A stretch of DNA of 61,406 bases, filler included, from 4 parts of 4 records of this genome joined end to end with filler, not necessarily neighbours in it, one strand, 5' to 3'; positions 18,959 through 29,987 are shown, numbered from the whole stretch's first letter. The notes: generated by a model from the letters alone, not told the origin. Numbers and translations are program-made.

Positions 18959-19651
18959 ATGGGCTTTGATCGCGCCATTAAAATTGCACCATCCATTCTT
19001 TCGGCCGATTTTGCAAATTTCGGCGCCGAGATTCAGGCGGTCGAGGCGCAGGGCGCCGATTGGATCCATGTTGATGTGATGGATGGCCATTTCGTGCCCA
19101 ACCTTACCTTTGGCCCGCCGCTGTGCAAGGCGATCCGCCGCCACATCAAAACGGTGATGGATGTGCATCTGATGATTTCGCCGGTTGACCCCTATATCGA
19201 CGCCTTTGCCGATGCCGGCGCCGATATTCTAACCGCCCATCTCGAGGCAGGGCCACATATTCACCGCACGCTGCAAGCCATCCGTGGCGCGGGCTGCAAG
19301 GCAGGTTTGGCGCTGAACCCGGGCACCGGGCTGTCAGATGTCGAGCATCTGCTGGATATGGTCGATCTGGTCTGCGTGATGACGGTAAACCCCGGCTTTG
19401 GCGGGCAGAAATTCATCCATTCGCAAATAGAAAAAGTGCGCCGCTTGCGCGCAATGATTGGCGACCGCCCCATCCATATTGAAATCGATGGCGGGATCGA
19501 CCCAACCACAGCGCCGCTGATGGCCGCCGCTGGCGCCGATGTGCTGGTGGCGGGATCGGCTGTGTTCAAAGGCGGTTCGGTCGATCAGCCCGCGCCCTAT
19601 GGCGACAACATCCGCGCCATTCGCGCCGCAGCGCAGGCAGCACAGGCCTAA
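18959..19651 (+). CDS. rpe: Ribulose-phosphate 3-epimerase
   Basis: IAPSILSADF, HVDVMDGHFVPN, MTVNPGFGGQ, IDGG. Confidence 0.97.
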   Translation: MGFDRAIKIAPSILSADFANFGAEIQAVEAQGADWIHVDVMDGHFVPNLTFGPPLCKAIRRHIKTVMDVHLMISPVDPYIDAFADAGADILTAHLEAGPHIHRTLQAIRGAGCKAGLALNPGTGLSDVEHLLDMVDLVCVMTVNPGFGGQKFIHSQIEKVRRLRAMIGDRPIHIEIDGGIDPTTAPLMAAAGADVLVAGSAVFKGGSVDQPAPYGDNIRAIRAAAQAAQA

Positions 19652-20676
19652 CGCCGGCGCAGCAATTGCGCCATGCGGATCATGCTGCGTTCTATCACCG
19701 CCATGCCCGGCGCGGTTTGCCCGCCCGCGCGCAGCGCCAGATCGGTATCGACCAGAATGCCCAGCGCATCTTGCAGGCGCGCCGCACCCCATACCTGTGC
19801 CTGGCGTTGCATACGGTCGCGGCGGGCACCGTAAACCGGGGGGCGCATGCGGGCGATGCCCTGCGCCGGGCCGCCAGGATCGGCTGCTGCGGCAAACAAA
19901 GTGCGGAAATGGCGCGACAGGGCAATGCACAGGCCCACCGGCTGCACCCCTTGGGCGGCCAGCCGCTGCATCAGCGGGCCGATTTGCGCGGTGTGCCCTT
20001 CGGCCACGATATTCAGCATATCGTCCATGTCTGCCTCGGTCGAGGCGGGGGCGCAGGCCAGCACATCTTCGCTGGCCACAGGCTGGGCATCGCCTAGCTT
20101 GTATAGGGCAATTTTTTCCAGGGTTTGGCGAAAATCACCCGGTGTCAGATCATTGGCCAGCTGCACCAGATCTGTCATCGCCCCGGGGGCAATATTGGGC
20201 AGGCCAGCGCGCGCCAGCTCGGCCTCGATCTCGTCGCGGCTGGGCGGGTCGTCGTAAAGGCCTGCGGCATAGGCATTGGGGTGCTTTTCAAAGGCCAGGC
20301 GCAGCTTGGCCTTGGCGGTTAGCTGGCCTGCGGTCACAACCAGTTGCGCATCGCCCGGCGCCCAGGCATTCAGCGCGCCCTCGATCACCGCGGCCAGGCC
20401 ATCGGTGGCCTCTTCCACGAATACGGCGCGGGGGCCGGGGAAAAAGCCAACCGCTTTCAGCGCATCCATCACCATGGCCGGATCTTTGCGCAGATCGGCG
20501 GCGCTGATCCGGCTGAGGCGCATTTCCTCTTCGCCGGCTTTGCCGATAAGGGCTGCAATCACCTCTTGGCGTTTCAAGGCCACGCGCATGGTATCGGCGC
20601 CATAGATCAGCAGGCCCGCACGATTGGGATCGGGGCGCTGAAAATATTTCGCCGCCTCGCGCCCCGCCAGTTTCAT
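19648..20676 (-). CDS. holA: DNA polymerase III subunit delta
   Basis: LIYGAD, LEKIALY; conserved leuS-lptE-holA order. Confidence 0.9.
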   Translation of the reverse strand: MKLAGREAAKYFQRPDPNRAGLLIYGADTMRVALKRQEVIAALIGKAGEEEMRLSRISAADLRKDPAMVMDALKAVGFFPGPRAVFVEEATDGLAAVIEGALNAWAPGDAQLVVTAGQLTAKAKLRLAFEKHPNAYAAGLYDDPPSRDEIEAELARAGLPNIAPGAMTDLVQLANDLTPGDFRQTLEKIALYKLGDAQPVASEDVLACAPASTEADMDDMLNIVAEGHTAQIGPLMQRLAAQGVQPVGLCIALSRHFRTLFAAAADPGGPAQGIARMRPPVYGARRDRMQRQAQVWGAARLQDALGILVDTDLALRAGGQTAPGMAVIERSMIRMAQLLRRR

Positions 20677-21167
20677 GGCAGCGTATCTGCCGCCGCCAAC
20701 AGGCGGTTGACGATCATATCGGCCAAAATCACCATCAGGCGCAATTCGGCGTTGCGCGCCGCGGCGCTGGTGGCCACGGGGGTGCCCGCTGTGGAATAGC
20801 CTGTAAAGCTTTCCACCGTGCCCTGCACCAACGCATCCTGCCCACCGATTTCGCGCAATTCAAACTGGGCGCGGGCGGTCAGGTTTACCCGGCCCGTGAC
20901 GTTTGTGGCGCTGAGGCCCACGCCCTCTAGCCCGTTTTCCAGTGTCACAGACAGCGCATAAACCGGTGCCGTGGCGCGGCCAAGCCGCCCCTCTAGCTGC
21001 TGGGTCAGCAGATAGGTCTGGCGCCCGGCCGGCGCATCAACCAGCACCTGCCCAAGCAGCTTGTTACCCGCAGATCCGGGGCCATAGGCGGGGGCAAAGC
21101 CGCAGCCCCCCAGCAAGCTCGCCCCTGCCAGAACTGCCCCCAGCGCTGCGCGCCTAGATAACCACAT
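20673..21167 (-). CDS. lptE: LPS assembly lipoprotein LptE
   Basis: Lipobox LGGC followed by GFAPAY; lies between leuS and holA. Confidence 0.85.
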   Translation of the reverse strand: MWLSRRAALGAVLAGASLLGGCGFAPAYGPGSAGNKLLGQVLVDAPAGRQTYLLTQQLEGRLGRATAPVYALSVTLENGLEGVGLSATNVTGRVNLTARAQFELREIGGQDALVQGTVESFTGYSTAGTPVATSAAARNAELRLMVILADMIVNRLLAAADTLP

Positions 21168-22080
21168 TCACGATCCGCCCGGGGACAACGATGATCTTTT
21201 TGGGCTGGGCCCCATCCAGCGCACGTTGCACAGCATCGGATGCCAGCGCCAGTTTTTCAACCTCTGCCTTGTCCATATCGGTGGGCACGGTGATTTCGCC
21301 CCGCCGCTTGCCGTTGATCTGGATGGGCAAGGTCACGCTTTCATCCACCAGCATCGCCGGGTCGGCCTGGGGCCAGCTGGCCTGCGCGATCAGCCCATCA
21401 CCGCCCTGCATCTGCCAGATTTCTTCGGCCAAATGCGGGGTCATCGGTGACATCAGCTGCGCCAAAACCATAATGGCCTGCCGCTGCGCCTGTTTGCTGG
21501 CCTTGGATTTTGCCAAGACATTGGTAAAGGCATAAAGCCGCGCGATGGCCGCGTTAAAGCCAAAGGCCTCGATCCCGTTGGTCACATCTTGAATGGTCTT
21601 GTGCATGGCGCGCAGCAAATCGGCATCAGCGGCCCCTTCGCCCCCCTCTGCCATCTGTGCGATACGATCCGACAAGGCCCAAACCCGGCCAAGGTGCTTA
21701 TGCGTGGCCTCGGCGCCGGCGGCTGTCCATTCCACGTCGCGTTCGGGCGGGCTGTCAGACAGCACGAACCAGCGCGCGGTATCTGCGCCATATTGCGCAA
21801 TGATCTGCACCGGATCCACGACGTTGTTTTTCGATTTCGACATCTTGGCCGAGGGGATGATATCCACCTCGGTGCCGTCTTTCAAAAACCCGCGCCCCTC
21901 GCGCAGCTCTACCTCTTCGGGGTAGTGATACACCGGGCGCCCCTCGGCGTTGGTGGTTTTGTAAATCGCGTGGGTCACCATGCCCTGGGTGAACAGCGCA
22001 TCAAAGGGTTCGGCCGATTTGGCGGGCAAATGCCCACAGATCTGCATCGCACGGGCAAAGAAGCGCGAATAGAGCAGGTG
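21154..22080 (-). CDS. leuS: Leucine--tRNA ligase, C-terminal part (5' end beyond contig edge)
   Basis: [40 protein letters not shown]. Confidence 0.96.
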   Translation of the reverse strand, partial: HLLYSRFFARAMQICGHLPAKSAEPFDALFTQGMVTHAIYKTTNAEGRPVYHYPEEVELREGRGFLKDGTEVDIIPSAKMSKSKNNVVDPVQIIAQYGADTARWFVLSDSPPERDVEWTAAGAEATHKHLGRVWALSDRIAQMAEGGEGAADADLLRAMHKTIQDVTNGIEAFGFNAAIARLYAFTNVLAKSKASKQAQRQAIMVLAQLMSPMTPHLAEEIWQMQGGDGLIAQASWPQADPAMLVDESVTLPIQINGKRRGEITVPTDMDKAEVEKLALASDAVQRALDGAQPKKIIVVPGRIVNVVI

Positions 22081-22081
22081 C

Positions 22082-22181
22082 NNNNNNNNNNNNNNNNNNN
22101 NNNNNNNNNNNNNNNNNNNNNNNNNTTAATTAATTAANNNNNNNNNNNNNNNNNNNNNNNNNNNNNNNNNNNNNNNNNNNN
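22082..22181. other. Artificial contig spacer
   Basis: 44 N + TTAATTAATTAA (stops in all frames) + 44 N. Confidence 0.99.
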
Positions 22182-22182
22182 G

Positions 22183-22347
22183 GCGATTGTGATCAAAGAT
22201 CGCAAATGTTCCACCTCGTATATCCAGCGCAAGCTGGGCATCGGCTATAACAAATCCGCACGCCTGGTTGAGCAGATGGAAGAAGAGGGCGTGGTGACGC
22301 CAGCCAACCATGTGGGCAAACGCGAAATTCTGGTGCCAGAACAATAG
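22183..22347 (+). CDS. ftsK: DNA translocase FtsK, C-terminal gamma domain (partial)
   Basis: Hand translation [44 protein letters not shown]; upstream of lolA. Confidence 0.93.
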   Translation, partial: AIVIKDRKCSTSYIQRKLGIGYNKSARLVEQMEEEGVVTPANHVGKREILVPEQ

Positions 22348-22427
22348 CGCTGGCGCCATTTTGCCAGTCGCCGGAATGTGAGCAGCCGGCACTGGCGCCT
22401 GGCCGCGGGTGGGCATAGGATAAAGCC

Positions 22428-23039
22428 ATGAAAAAGATGCTGCGTTTCTGCTTGGTTTCAGCGGGGCTTGCCCTGCATGCGCTGCCCGTTTCGGCGCAAT
22501 CCTTGGGCCTTGGGCAAATCTCTGATTACATGAACCGGCTTGGCCCTGTAACTGCGGATTTTGTGCAATATAACGACGATGGAACCGTGGCCCGCGGTGT
22601 ATTCATGCTGCATCGCCCCGGCCGCGCGCGGTTTGAATATGCGCCCCCGGCCGAGTTGCTGGTGATGGCGGGCCAAGGCGCCTTGGCGATATTCGACAGC
22701 AAATTCAGCGCCACGCCAGAAACCTATCCTTTGGCTAAAACGCCGCTGTCTTTGGTGTTGGGTGGGCAGGTGCAATTGCAGGGCAACCCGATGGTTGTGG
22801 GCCATTATGAGCAGGGGGAAACCACCATCGTTGTGGCGCAAGACCCGGAAAACCCTGAATATGGCACGATCGAGCTGGTGTTTGGCGCCCAGCCCGTGGC
22901 CTTGCAGGGCTGGCGCATCCGCGACGAGGTGGGCGGTGTGACCGAGGTAATATTACAGCCCCTACAGCCTACCGCCACCCTGCCAAACCGCATGTTCAAC
23001 ATTCAGGCCGAGGCCGCATCGCGCCAAAGCGGGCGCTGA
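22428..23039 (+). CDS. lolA: Outer-membrane lipoprotein carrier LolA-family protein
   Basis: Signal peptide, ADFVQ, RPGRARFEY, YPLAKTPL; follows ftsK. Confidence 0.88.
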   Translation: MKKMLRFCLVSAGLALHALPVSAQSLGLGQISDYMNRLGPVTADFVQYNDDGTVARGVFMLHRPGRARFEYAPPAELLVMAGQGALAIFDSKFSATPETYPLAKTPLSLVLGGQVQLQGNPMVVGHYEQGETTIVVAQDPENPEYGTIELVFGAQPVALQGWRIRDEVGGVTEVILQPLQPTATLPNRMFNIQAEAASRQSGR

Positions 23040-23966
23040 TCAGGGCGCACGCAGCAACGCAACCTGTTGCAGATCAATCGCGCTATCGGCGGCAAAGCTG
23101 GCCATTTCTGTGCCATTTGCCAGCAAGATCAGCCTGCCATCGGCAGGCTCTAGCTGCAGGTCTGGGGGTGTTGTGCCCTGGTAAAACACCACCAGCAGGT
23201 CTTCGCCCGCATCAAACCCATGCACGGTAACAGGGTTTTCCAGCCATTGGCCCAAAAACAGCGTATCGGCGCCCGGGCCGGTATCGATATGGTCGCCGCT
23301 GCCGGGGGTTATACTGTCTTGGCCGGTGCCACCGTTCAGAAAATCGGTGGTTTCGTCACTATCTACGATCGTGTCGTTGCCCGCCCCGCCAAACACTGCA
23401 TCGCGCCCGCTGCCGCCATCAAGCAGATCGTTGCCAAACCCCCCTTCTAAACTGTCATTTCCCGCCCCGCCCAACAGCGTGTCGGCCCCTTCGCCGCCAA
23501 TCAGCCGGTCGTCGCCCTCGTTGCCAGACAGCAGGTCGTTGCCGGTGGCGCCCAGCAGCGTATCAGTGCCTAAACCGCCCTCTAGGGTATCATTGCCCTC
23601 GTTGCCCGCGATGTTGTCATCACCGCTGTCGCCGATCACCAAATCATCGCCGGCCTGCCCCAGCAGCCAATCGTTGCCATCGCCCCCGGCCAGCTGGTCA
23701 TTGCCCGCGCCGCCGCCGATCTGATCGTTGCCAGCCTGCCCCTGCAGCAGATCTTGGCCAGATCCGCCCACCAAAGTATCGTCGCCCGGGGTGCCAAGCA
23801 GGGTGTTTAGCCCGTCACCGCCATCTTGTGCGGTGTTTGCCCCATCGGTATCGGGCTGTGGCCCGTCATCGGTTGTTGGCGCATCGGTGCTGTCTGCCCC
23901 CATTGGCAGCCCAGCAAATGCGGCACCGGCCAGCAGCAGACCGAAAAAACTGGCGAAAACAAGCAT
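23040..23966 (-). CDS. Calcium-binding protein with RTX nonapeptide repeats and N-terminal hydrophobic anchor
   Basis: MLVFASFFGLLLAG.. followed by more than a dozen GGxGxDxL repeats. Confidence 0.85.
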   Translation of the reverse strand: MLVFASFFGLLLAGAAFAGLPMGADSTDAPTTDDGPQPDTDGANTAQDGGDGLNTLLGTPGDDTLVGGSGQDLLQGQAGNDQIGGGAGNDQLAGGDGNDWLLGQAGDDLVIGDSGDDNIAGNEGNDTLEGGLGTDTLLGATGNDLLSGNEGDDRLIGGEGADTLLGGAGNDSLEGGFGNDLLDGGSGRDAVFGGAGNDTIVDSDETTDFLNGGTGQDSITPGSGDHIDTGPGADTLFLGQWLENPVTVHGFDAGEDLLVVFYQGTTPPDLQLEPADGRLILLANGTEMASFAADSAIDLQQVALLRAP

Positions 23967-24091
23967 AGCGAAAACCACCCAAAACCCCAGCTTGCAGTAT
24001 GCGGGCCTGCAATGCTGGGTCAAAGAAGAGTGCAGCAAATGGTTAATAGTGCTTGGGATAACGCGGCCAATATTAGGGCCAAACAGGCTGT

Positions 24092-24622
24092 TTAGGGTCT
24101 AATATCGTTGCCACTGCCCGCTAACCAAAGCTGCGGTTGCTGATGATAGGCGATGTAAAGCGGGTGGCGTGGGTGGCCTGCTTTGGTTAGGCCAAGGTGG
24201 TGCACCGCCCGCCCGCTTTGGCCCAAAAGCGCCGCCACCTGCGCCCCGCGATCCATATGCGCGCCATGGGCGCCCCAGCCCGCCACTATGGTATCGGCCC
24301 AAGCCACAGCGTGCAAAAGCGTGGCATCATTTTCAGGGCCAATGGGGCGCGGCGCTGCCCGCATTTTATGTGGGTTGGTTTCGCGCAGGGCAAAAATATT
24401 GGTCACACGAAACGCGCCATAGCCCAGCGCGCGCGCCCGCCGCTCGCAGCGTTCCACGGTGGGGTCGTTTTGCGCCTCGGTGGCGGTAGAGGGGTTGAGC
24501 AGCACAAACAACAGCCGCCCCCCGCCGCCCCACTGGCGGGTCAAGGCATAGCGATAGGTTTCGCAGGGCGAATACAGCGCGCTAGAGGTGGTATCACCCT
24601 TGGTAAAGTGCCGCTCGATCAT
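24092..24622 (-). CDS. DUF1643 domain protein
   Basis: SPCETYRYAL, LNPSTA, NDPTVERC, NIFALR, WGAHG, HPRHPLY. Confidence 0.85.
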   Translation of the reverse strand: MIERHFTKGDTTSSALYSPCETYRYALTRQWGGGGRLLFVLLNPSTATEAQNDPTVERCERRARALGYGAFRVTNIFALRETNPHKMRAAPRPIGPENDATLLHAVAWADTIVAGWGAHGAHMDRGAQVAALLGQSGRAVHHLGLTKAGHPRHPLYIAYHQQPQLWLAGSGNDIRP

Positions 24623-24659
24623 GGCTTGTCTTGCCGCGCCTGGCGCATCAAAGCAAGGG

Positions 24660-25565
24660 TTACAGGTTGAATACCCGGCTTGGGTGCAATTCGCCGGCCT
24701 TGAAACGGCCCACAGCCAGCGGTTGCCCATCGAAACTGGCCCAGCATTCCTCGCCATAGTCTATGTCATGGGCCACCACCATTCCGGGGTTGCCATTGCG
24801 CAGCCGTGCCGCGCCTTGGGCGGTGCATGTGACCATGGGCAGATCGGCAAGGCCGGTTTCCAGGGGCAGTAAATGTGTCTCTAATGCTGGGGTTCGGGCC
24901 AGTTCATCCACCTGATCCAGCGTTAGCCCATCAGTGGCATCAAAGGGCCCCGACCATATGCGCCGCAGCTGCAGAACATGGCCATAACAGCCCAGCGCCT
25001 GCCCCAGATCCCGCGCGATAGCGCGCACATAGCCGCCCTTGCCACAGGTCATGGATAAAACAGCATGATCGGCATCGGGGCGGTCGATCAACAGCAGCTC
25101 TTCCACCCATAGCGGGCGGGCGGCGAGGGTAAGATCTTCGCCGTCACGGGCCAGTTTATAGGCGCGCTGCCCGTCGATTTTCACGGCAGAAAACTGGGGT
25201 GGCACCTGCATGATATCGCCCAAAAAGCCGGCCAGCGCATCGGTAATCTGGCTATCGGTCGGGCGGGCATCAGACTGGGCGATTACCTGGCCTTCGGCAT
25301 CGTCGGTATTGGTGGCCTGCCCCAGCCGCACGGTAAATTCATAGGCTTTCAGCGCATCGGTGATGTAGGGCACGGTTTTCGTGGCCTCGCCCAGCGCCAC
25401 GGCCAAAACGCCTGTTGCCTCTGGGTCGAGCGTGCCGGCATGGCCCGCTTTTTGCGCATCTAATGCCCAACGCACCTTGTTCACCACCGCGGTCGATGTA
25501 ATGCCTGCAGGCTTGTCGATAACCAGCCAGCCCGAAATATTGCGGCCCTTGCGTTTGCGCCCCAT
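24660..25565 (-). CDS. truB: tRNA pseudouridine(55) synthase
   Basis: [38 protein letters not shown]. Confidence 0.97.
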   Translation of the reverse strand: MGRKRKGRNISGWLVIDKPAGITSTAVVNKVRWALDAQKAGHAGTLDPEATGVLAVALGEATKTVPYITDALKAYEFTVRLGQATNTDDAEGQVIAQSDARPTDSQITDALAGFLGDIMQVPPQFSAVKIDGQRAYKLARDGEDLTLAARPLWVEELLLIDRPDADHAVLSMTCGKGGYVRAIARDLGQALGCYGHVLQLRRIWSGPFDATDGLTLDQVDELARTPALETHLLPLETGLADLPMVTCTAQGAARLRNGNPGMVVAHDIDYGEECWASFDGQPLAVGRFKAGELHPSRVFNL

Positions 25566-25660
25566 GGCTGTGCCCCCGGCAATGCGTGAAAGAATGGCGT
25601 GAATGAATGCGCGGGGTTACCGCAGCAATTTAGTGCTGTCAAATACAGTGGGCGCGCAGC

Positions 25661-26575
25661 CTAAACCGGGGCATCGCCGCCCAAATGCTTTTCACCGCGC
25701 TGTTGGGCCAGCGCGATTTGCTTTTGGCGTTCGCGAAAGCGGGCTTTGTCGGTGGGGGTGGTTTCATCGATACAGGCATGGCAGCTGACACCATGTTCGT
25801 ATTCCGGGCGCGCGCGGTCTTGTGGCAGCAGCGGGCGGCGGCAGGCATGGCACAGCACATGCGGCCCCTCGCGCAGGCCATGGCCCACCGAGACGCGCCC
25901 ATCGAAAACAAAGCAATCGCCCTGCCAGCTGCTGTCTTCTTGGGGCACTTCCTCGAGATATTTCAAAATGCCGCCTTTCAGGTGGAACACATCGCTTACG
26001 CCCTGCGACAGCAAAAAATTGGTCGATTTCTCGCAGCGGATACCGCCGGTGCAAAACATGGCGACGCGTTTGTTGTGAAAGCGGTCTTTGTTGTCTTCCC
26101 ACCACTGGGGAAACTCGCGGAACGATTTGGTTTTCGGGTCTATCGCGCCCTCGAATGTGCCGATGGCCACCTCGTAATCGTTGCGGGTGTCGATCAGCAC
26201 AACATCGGGGCTGCGAATAAGATCGTTCCAGTCTTGCGGGGCAACATAGTGCCCAACCTGCGCTTTAGGGTCTACATTGGGCTGGCCCATTGTGACGATC
26301 TCGCGCTTAAGCTTTACCTTGCAGCGGGGAAAGGGCTGTTGGCTGGCGGTGCTTTCTTTCCATTCCAGATCGGCGCAACCGGGCAGGGCACGCACATGTG
26401 CCAACACCGCGTCGATCCCGGCGCGGCTGCCGGCGATTGTGCCGTTGATCCCCTCTTGTGCTAGCAGCAAAGTGCCTGTCACCTGCTGGTCTTGCATCAG
26501 CGACAACAAAGGCCCGCGCAAAGCGGCGGGGGTGTCAAAGCGGGTAAAGTGATAGAGGGCAGCAACGATAAACAT
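25661..26575 (-). CDS. trhO: tRNA uridine(34) hydroxylase, rhodanese-domain (YceA/UPF0176)
   Basis: [41 protein letters not shown]. Confidence 0.92.
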   Translation of the reverse strand: MFIVAALYHFTRFDTPAALRGPLLSLMQDQQVTGTLLLAQEGINGTIAGSRAGIDAVLAHVRALPGCADLEWKESTASQQPFPRCKVKLKREIVTMGQPNVDPKAQVGHYVAPQDWNDLIRSPDVVLIDTRNDYEVAIGTFEGAIDPKTKSFREFPQWWEDNKDRFHNKRVAMFCTGGIRCEKSTNFLLSQGVSDVFHLKGGILKYLEEVPQEDSSWQGDCFVFDGRVSVGHGLREGPHVLCHACRRPLLPQDRARPEYEHGVSCHACIDETTPTDKARFRERQKQIALAQQRGEKHLGGDAPV

Positions 26576-26606
26576 GGCGGCGCTTTACGCCTTTCTGGGC
26601 AGGCAA

Positions 26607-27824
26607 TCAAGCCGCGGCAATAGCCAGCCCATGCACCACGGCGGTGAATACTTCGGCGTTTTCTTGGCGCGCGTCTGGCAGGCTGTGTGCCAAGGCCTGG
26701 CGGATTACCCCCATCAGGCTAGAGCCGCCGACAAACACCACCATATCCACCTGCGCGGGCTGGCAGCCTGCATCAGCGATTGTGGCCAGCGCCTGTGCGT
26801 TGATCTCGGCGGCAAAGCCCCCCAGCGTGGCCTGCAACAGCGCCGCACCCAAAGGCGCCTGCAGCCCGCGTTCCACCACATCTAGATTGATCTGCGCATC
26901 CTGGCCCTTGTTGGCACCAATTTTACCCGCCTCTACGGCATAGGCCACGTCATGGCCCAAATGCATTTCCAGCACATCGCCCAGCCGTTCAAACAGGCGC
27001 GGCTCTTCGGCCAAGCGCACCCAGCGCCGCACATCGCGCAGCGATTGACCATCGTAGACAAAGGGTATTTTCTGCCAGGTGGCCAGATCGTGAAACAGCG
27101 CGCGTGGTGCTTCGGTTTTGTTGGGGCCAAATTCCGCCCCCAGCAAGGCACCATAGCCCAGCAGCGGCATTGCCGCGGCCAAGCTAAGGCTGCGGTCAAA
27201 ATCGGTGCCGCCCAATCGCAGCCCGCGGCTGGCCAGCACCCGCGTTTGGCCGTTTTCGCGCAGGCATAGGGTGAAATCGCTGGTGCCGCCGCCGATATCG
27301 ACAATCAGCATGCGGCCGGTGCCCTGCACGGCCAGTGCGGCGGCTTCGGGTTCGGGCAGGAAGGCCACATCTTGAAAACCGGCCCTTTCATAGGCGCTGC
27401 GCAAATCGGCCTGGGCCTGGGCATCGCGCTGGGGTGCGTTCGAGTGAAAATGCACAGGCCTGCCAGACAAGACCGCATCAAACTGCATGCCTGTAAAGCT
27501 TTGCGCACGCGCCTTTATTTCGGCCAAAAACGTGGCGATGATATCGATCAGCGTCATTTTCTGGCCCAAAAACTGGCGCGGTTCGTGGGCCAGTGGCGTG
27601 CCCAGCACGCTTTTCAACGCGCGCATAAACCGCCCCTCTTGGCCCATGCGCATGGCCTGTGCCGCGGCGCTGCCGATCAAAAACGCTTTGCTGTTTGGAT
27701 CGATGAAAATGGCGCTTGGCAAGGTATCAAGGCCGGGTTCCAGCGGTATCGCAAAGGGGCGCCCGCCCGCCAAAACGCCCGCGGCGGTGTTTGATGTGCC
27801 AAAATCCAGACCCAACCGTGCCAT
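26607..27824 (-). CDS. Hsp70-family ATPase, YegD-like (no substrate-binding domain)
   Basis: GLDFGTSN, GRFMRALKSVLG, GRPVHF, EPEAAA, DIGGGTSDF, VGGSS; about 405 aa. Confidence 0.9.
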   Translation of the reverse strand: MARLGLDFGTSNTAAGVLAGGRPFAIPLEPGLDTLPSAIFIDPNSKAFLIGSAAAQAMRMGQEGRFMRALKSVLGTPLAHEPRQFLGQKMTLIDIIATFLAEIKARAQSFTGMQFDAVLSGRPVHFHSNAPQRDAQAQADLRSAYERAGFQDVAFLPEPEAAALAVQGTGRMLIVDIGGGTSDFTLCLRENGQTRVLASRGLRLGGTDFDRSLSLAAAMPLLGYGALLGAEFGPNKTEAPRALFHDLATWQKIPFVYDGQSLRDVRRWVRLAEEPRLFERLGDVLEMHLGHDVAYAVEAGKIGANKGQDAQINLDVVERGLQAPLGAALLQATLGGFAAEINAQALATIADAGCQPAQVDMVVFVGGSSLMGVIRQALAHSLPDARQENAEVFTAVVHGLAIAAA

Positions 27825-27938
27825 ATGCGCCCCCAAAGCCAAAGCATCGGGCATAGCCTGTGGTGCGCAATGTGGCAATTGCCTTTGGCTTGGCATAAAT
27901 TGCAGGCATATGACTGACAGACCAAACAAAGGTGCCCC

Positions 27939-28541
27939 ATGGCCCACGCCCTGATTGTGATCGATGTGCAAAACGATTTCTGCCCAGGTGGTGCGCTGGC
28001 TGTGGCAGGTGGCAGCGATATCGTGCCCGGCATTAACGCCGCGATGGCACAGGCCGATTGTGTGGTGCTGACCCAAGATTGGCACCCCGCCACCCACCTG
28101 TCTTTTGCCAGCCAGCATGCCGGGCGCGCGCCCTTTGACATGGTGGAAATGCCCTATGGGCCGCAGGTTTTGTGGCCCGATCACTGCGTGCAAGGCAGCC
28201 ATGGCGCGGCGTTTCACCCGGCGCTGAATGTGGCTGGGGCGCATCTGATTTTGCGCAAGGGCTATCGCCGCGAAATCGATAGCTATTCCGCCTTTTTCGA
28301 GAATGACAAAACCACCAGCACCGGGCTGTTTGGCTATTTGCAGCAGCAAGGCATCACGCAGATCACGCTGGCAGGGCTGGCCACCGATTTTTGCGTGGCC
28401 TATTCCGCCTGCGATGCCGCGCGGCTGGGTTTGCAGGTGCATCTGCGCACAGATCTGTGCCGCGCAATCGATCTGGACGGGTCGCTACAGGCGGCCCAGG
28501 CCCAGATGGCGGCGCTGGGGGTGCAGCTGGTTTCGCACTGA
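27939..28541 (+). CDS. pncA: Nicotinamidase/pyrazinamidase
   Basis: IDVQNDFCPGG, TQDWH, WPDHCVQ, DSYSAF, GLATDFCV. Confidence 0.95.
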   Translation: MAHALIVIDVQNDFCPGGALAVAGGSDIVPGINAAMAQADCVVLTQDWHPATHLSFASQHAGRAPFDMVEMPYGPQVLWPDHCVQGSHGAAFHPALNVAGAHLILRKGYRREIDSYSAFFENDKTTSTGLFGYLQQQGITQITLAGLATDFCVAYSACDAARLGLQVHLRTDLCRAIDLDGSLQAAQAQMAALGVQLVSH

Positions 28542-28604
28542 GGGCGCTTGCCAGCCTCATCGCGCTTTGGTTTAAGCACGAAAACGCAGCCACCGGGGGC
28601 CGGA

Positions 28605-29897
28605 ATGGTAGATATCGCGACACGCGTATGGAACCACAAGTGGAAGATCGACCCGATCGTTCGCTCGTTGATCGATACTGATTTTTATAAATTGCTCATG
28701 TGCCAGTCGGTGTTTCGCAACAGCCCCGATACCGAGGTGACATTTTCGCTGATCAATCGCAGTAAATCGGTGCGCCTGGGCAATCTGATCGACGAGGGTG
28801 AATTGCGCGAACAGCTTGATCACATCCGCTCGTTGCGGCTGACGCGCGGCGAATCAACCTGGCTGCGGGGCAACACATTTTACGGCAAGCGGCAGATGTT
28901 TCGGCCTGATTTCATGGAATGGTTCGAAAACCTGCAGCTGCCGCCCTATCACCTGGAAAAGCGCGATGGCCAATACGAGCTGACGTTCCAGGGCAAATGG
29001 CCCGAGGTGATGATGTGGGAAATTCCCGCGCTTGCCGTGCTGATGGAGCTGCGCAGCCGCGCCGTGCTGAACACGATGGGGCGGTTCGAATTGCAGGTGC
29101 TTTATGCCCGTGGCCTGGCAAAGCTGTGGGAAAAAATCGAAGGTTTGCGCGAAATCGACGGGCTACGCCTGGCCGATTTTGGCACGCGCCGCCGGCATTC
29201 CTACCTGTGGCAAGACAAGGCGGTGCAGGCCCTGATCGAGGGGCTTGGCGATAAATTCGTGGGCACATCCAACTGCCTGATCGCCATGAAACGCGATATC
29301 GAGGCGATTGGCACCAATGCCCATGAATTGCCCATGGTCTATGCAGCCCTGGCCAAAGACGACAGCGAATTGGCGCGCGCCCCCTATCAGGTGTTGGCCG
29401 ATTGGCACGAAGAGCACGATGGCAACCTGCGCATCATTTTGCCCGACACCTATGGCACCGAAGGGTTTTTGCGCCGCGCCCCCGATTGGCTGGCTGGCTG
29501 GACAGGCATGCGCATCGATTCAGGCGACCCGGCGCAAGGGGCAGAAACCGCCATTCGCTGGTGGCAAGAGCGCGGCGAAGACCCAAAGGCAAAGCTGCTG
29601 ATCTTTTCGGATGGTCTGGATGTGGGCAAGATTGCCGAATTGCAGCGGCAATTTCACGGCCGGGTCAAAGTGTCGTTTGGTTGGGGCACTTTGCTGACCA
29701 ATGATTTCCGCGGGCTGACACCAGACGACAGTTTGGCGCCTTTTTCGTTGGTGTGCAAAGCCGTGTCTGCCAATGGCCGGCCCACGGTGAAACTGTCAGA
29801 CAACCCTGAAAAGGCCATGGGCCCCGCGGCTGAAATTGCACGTTACAAGCGCGTTTTTGACGTAGGCCCGCAAAAGCGGATCGAAGTGGTGGTTTAA
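28605..29897 (+). CDS. pncB: Nicotinate phosphoribosyltransferase
   Basis: [33 protein letters not shown]. Confidence 0.96.
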   Translation: MVDIATRVWNHKWKIDPIVRSLIDTDFYKLLMCQSVFRNSPDTEVTFSLINRSKSVRLGNLIDEGELREQLDHIRSLRLTRGESTWLRGNTFYGKRQMFRPDFMEWFENLQLPPYHLEKRDGQYELTFQGKWPEVMMWEIPALAVLMELRSRAVLNTMGRFELQVLYARGLAKLWEKIEGLREIDGLRLADFGTRRRHSYLWQDKAVQALIEGLGDKFVGTSNCLIAMKRDIEAIGTNAHELPMVYAALAKDDSELARAPYQVLADWHEEHDGNLRIILPDTYGTEGFLRRAPDWLAGWTGMRIDSGDPAQGAETAIRWWQERGEDPKAKLLIFSDGLDVGKIAELQRQFHGRVKVSFGWGTLLTNDFRGLTPDDSLAPFSLVCKAVSANGRPTVKLSDNPEKAMGPAAEIARYKRVFDVGPQKRIEVVV

Positions 29898-29987
29898 GGC
29901 CAATTTCGGCGCGCAAAACTTTACTCAAAAGATAGTTTTTGCTACGTTTGGGTAGGTTTTGTTTGGTTACGCGTGCCGGGGGTTCTG

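Noticed and set aside
23037-23042. Convergent genes abutting at TGATCA with zero gap (also 43317-43322)
   Set aside because: Both genes look complete in each case, so this is ordinary compaction
23200-23830. Periodic 27-nt DNA pattern suggesting a repeat array
   Set aside because: Coding GGxGxDxLx nonapeptides with synonymous variation, not CRISPR or tandem non-coding repeats
27890-27904. TTGGCATAAATTGCA upstream of pncA as a sigma54 promoter
   Set aside because: GG-to-GC spacing is 8 nt, not the required 10
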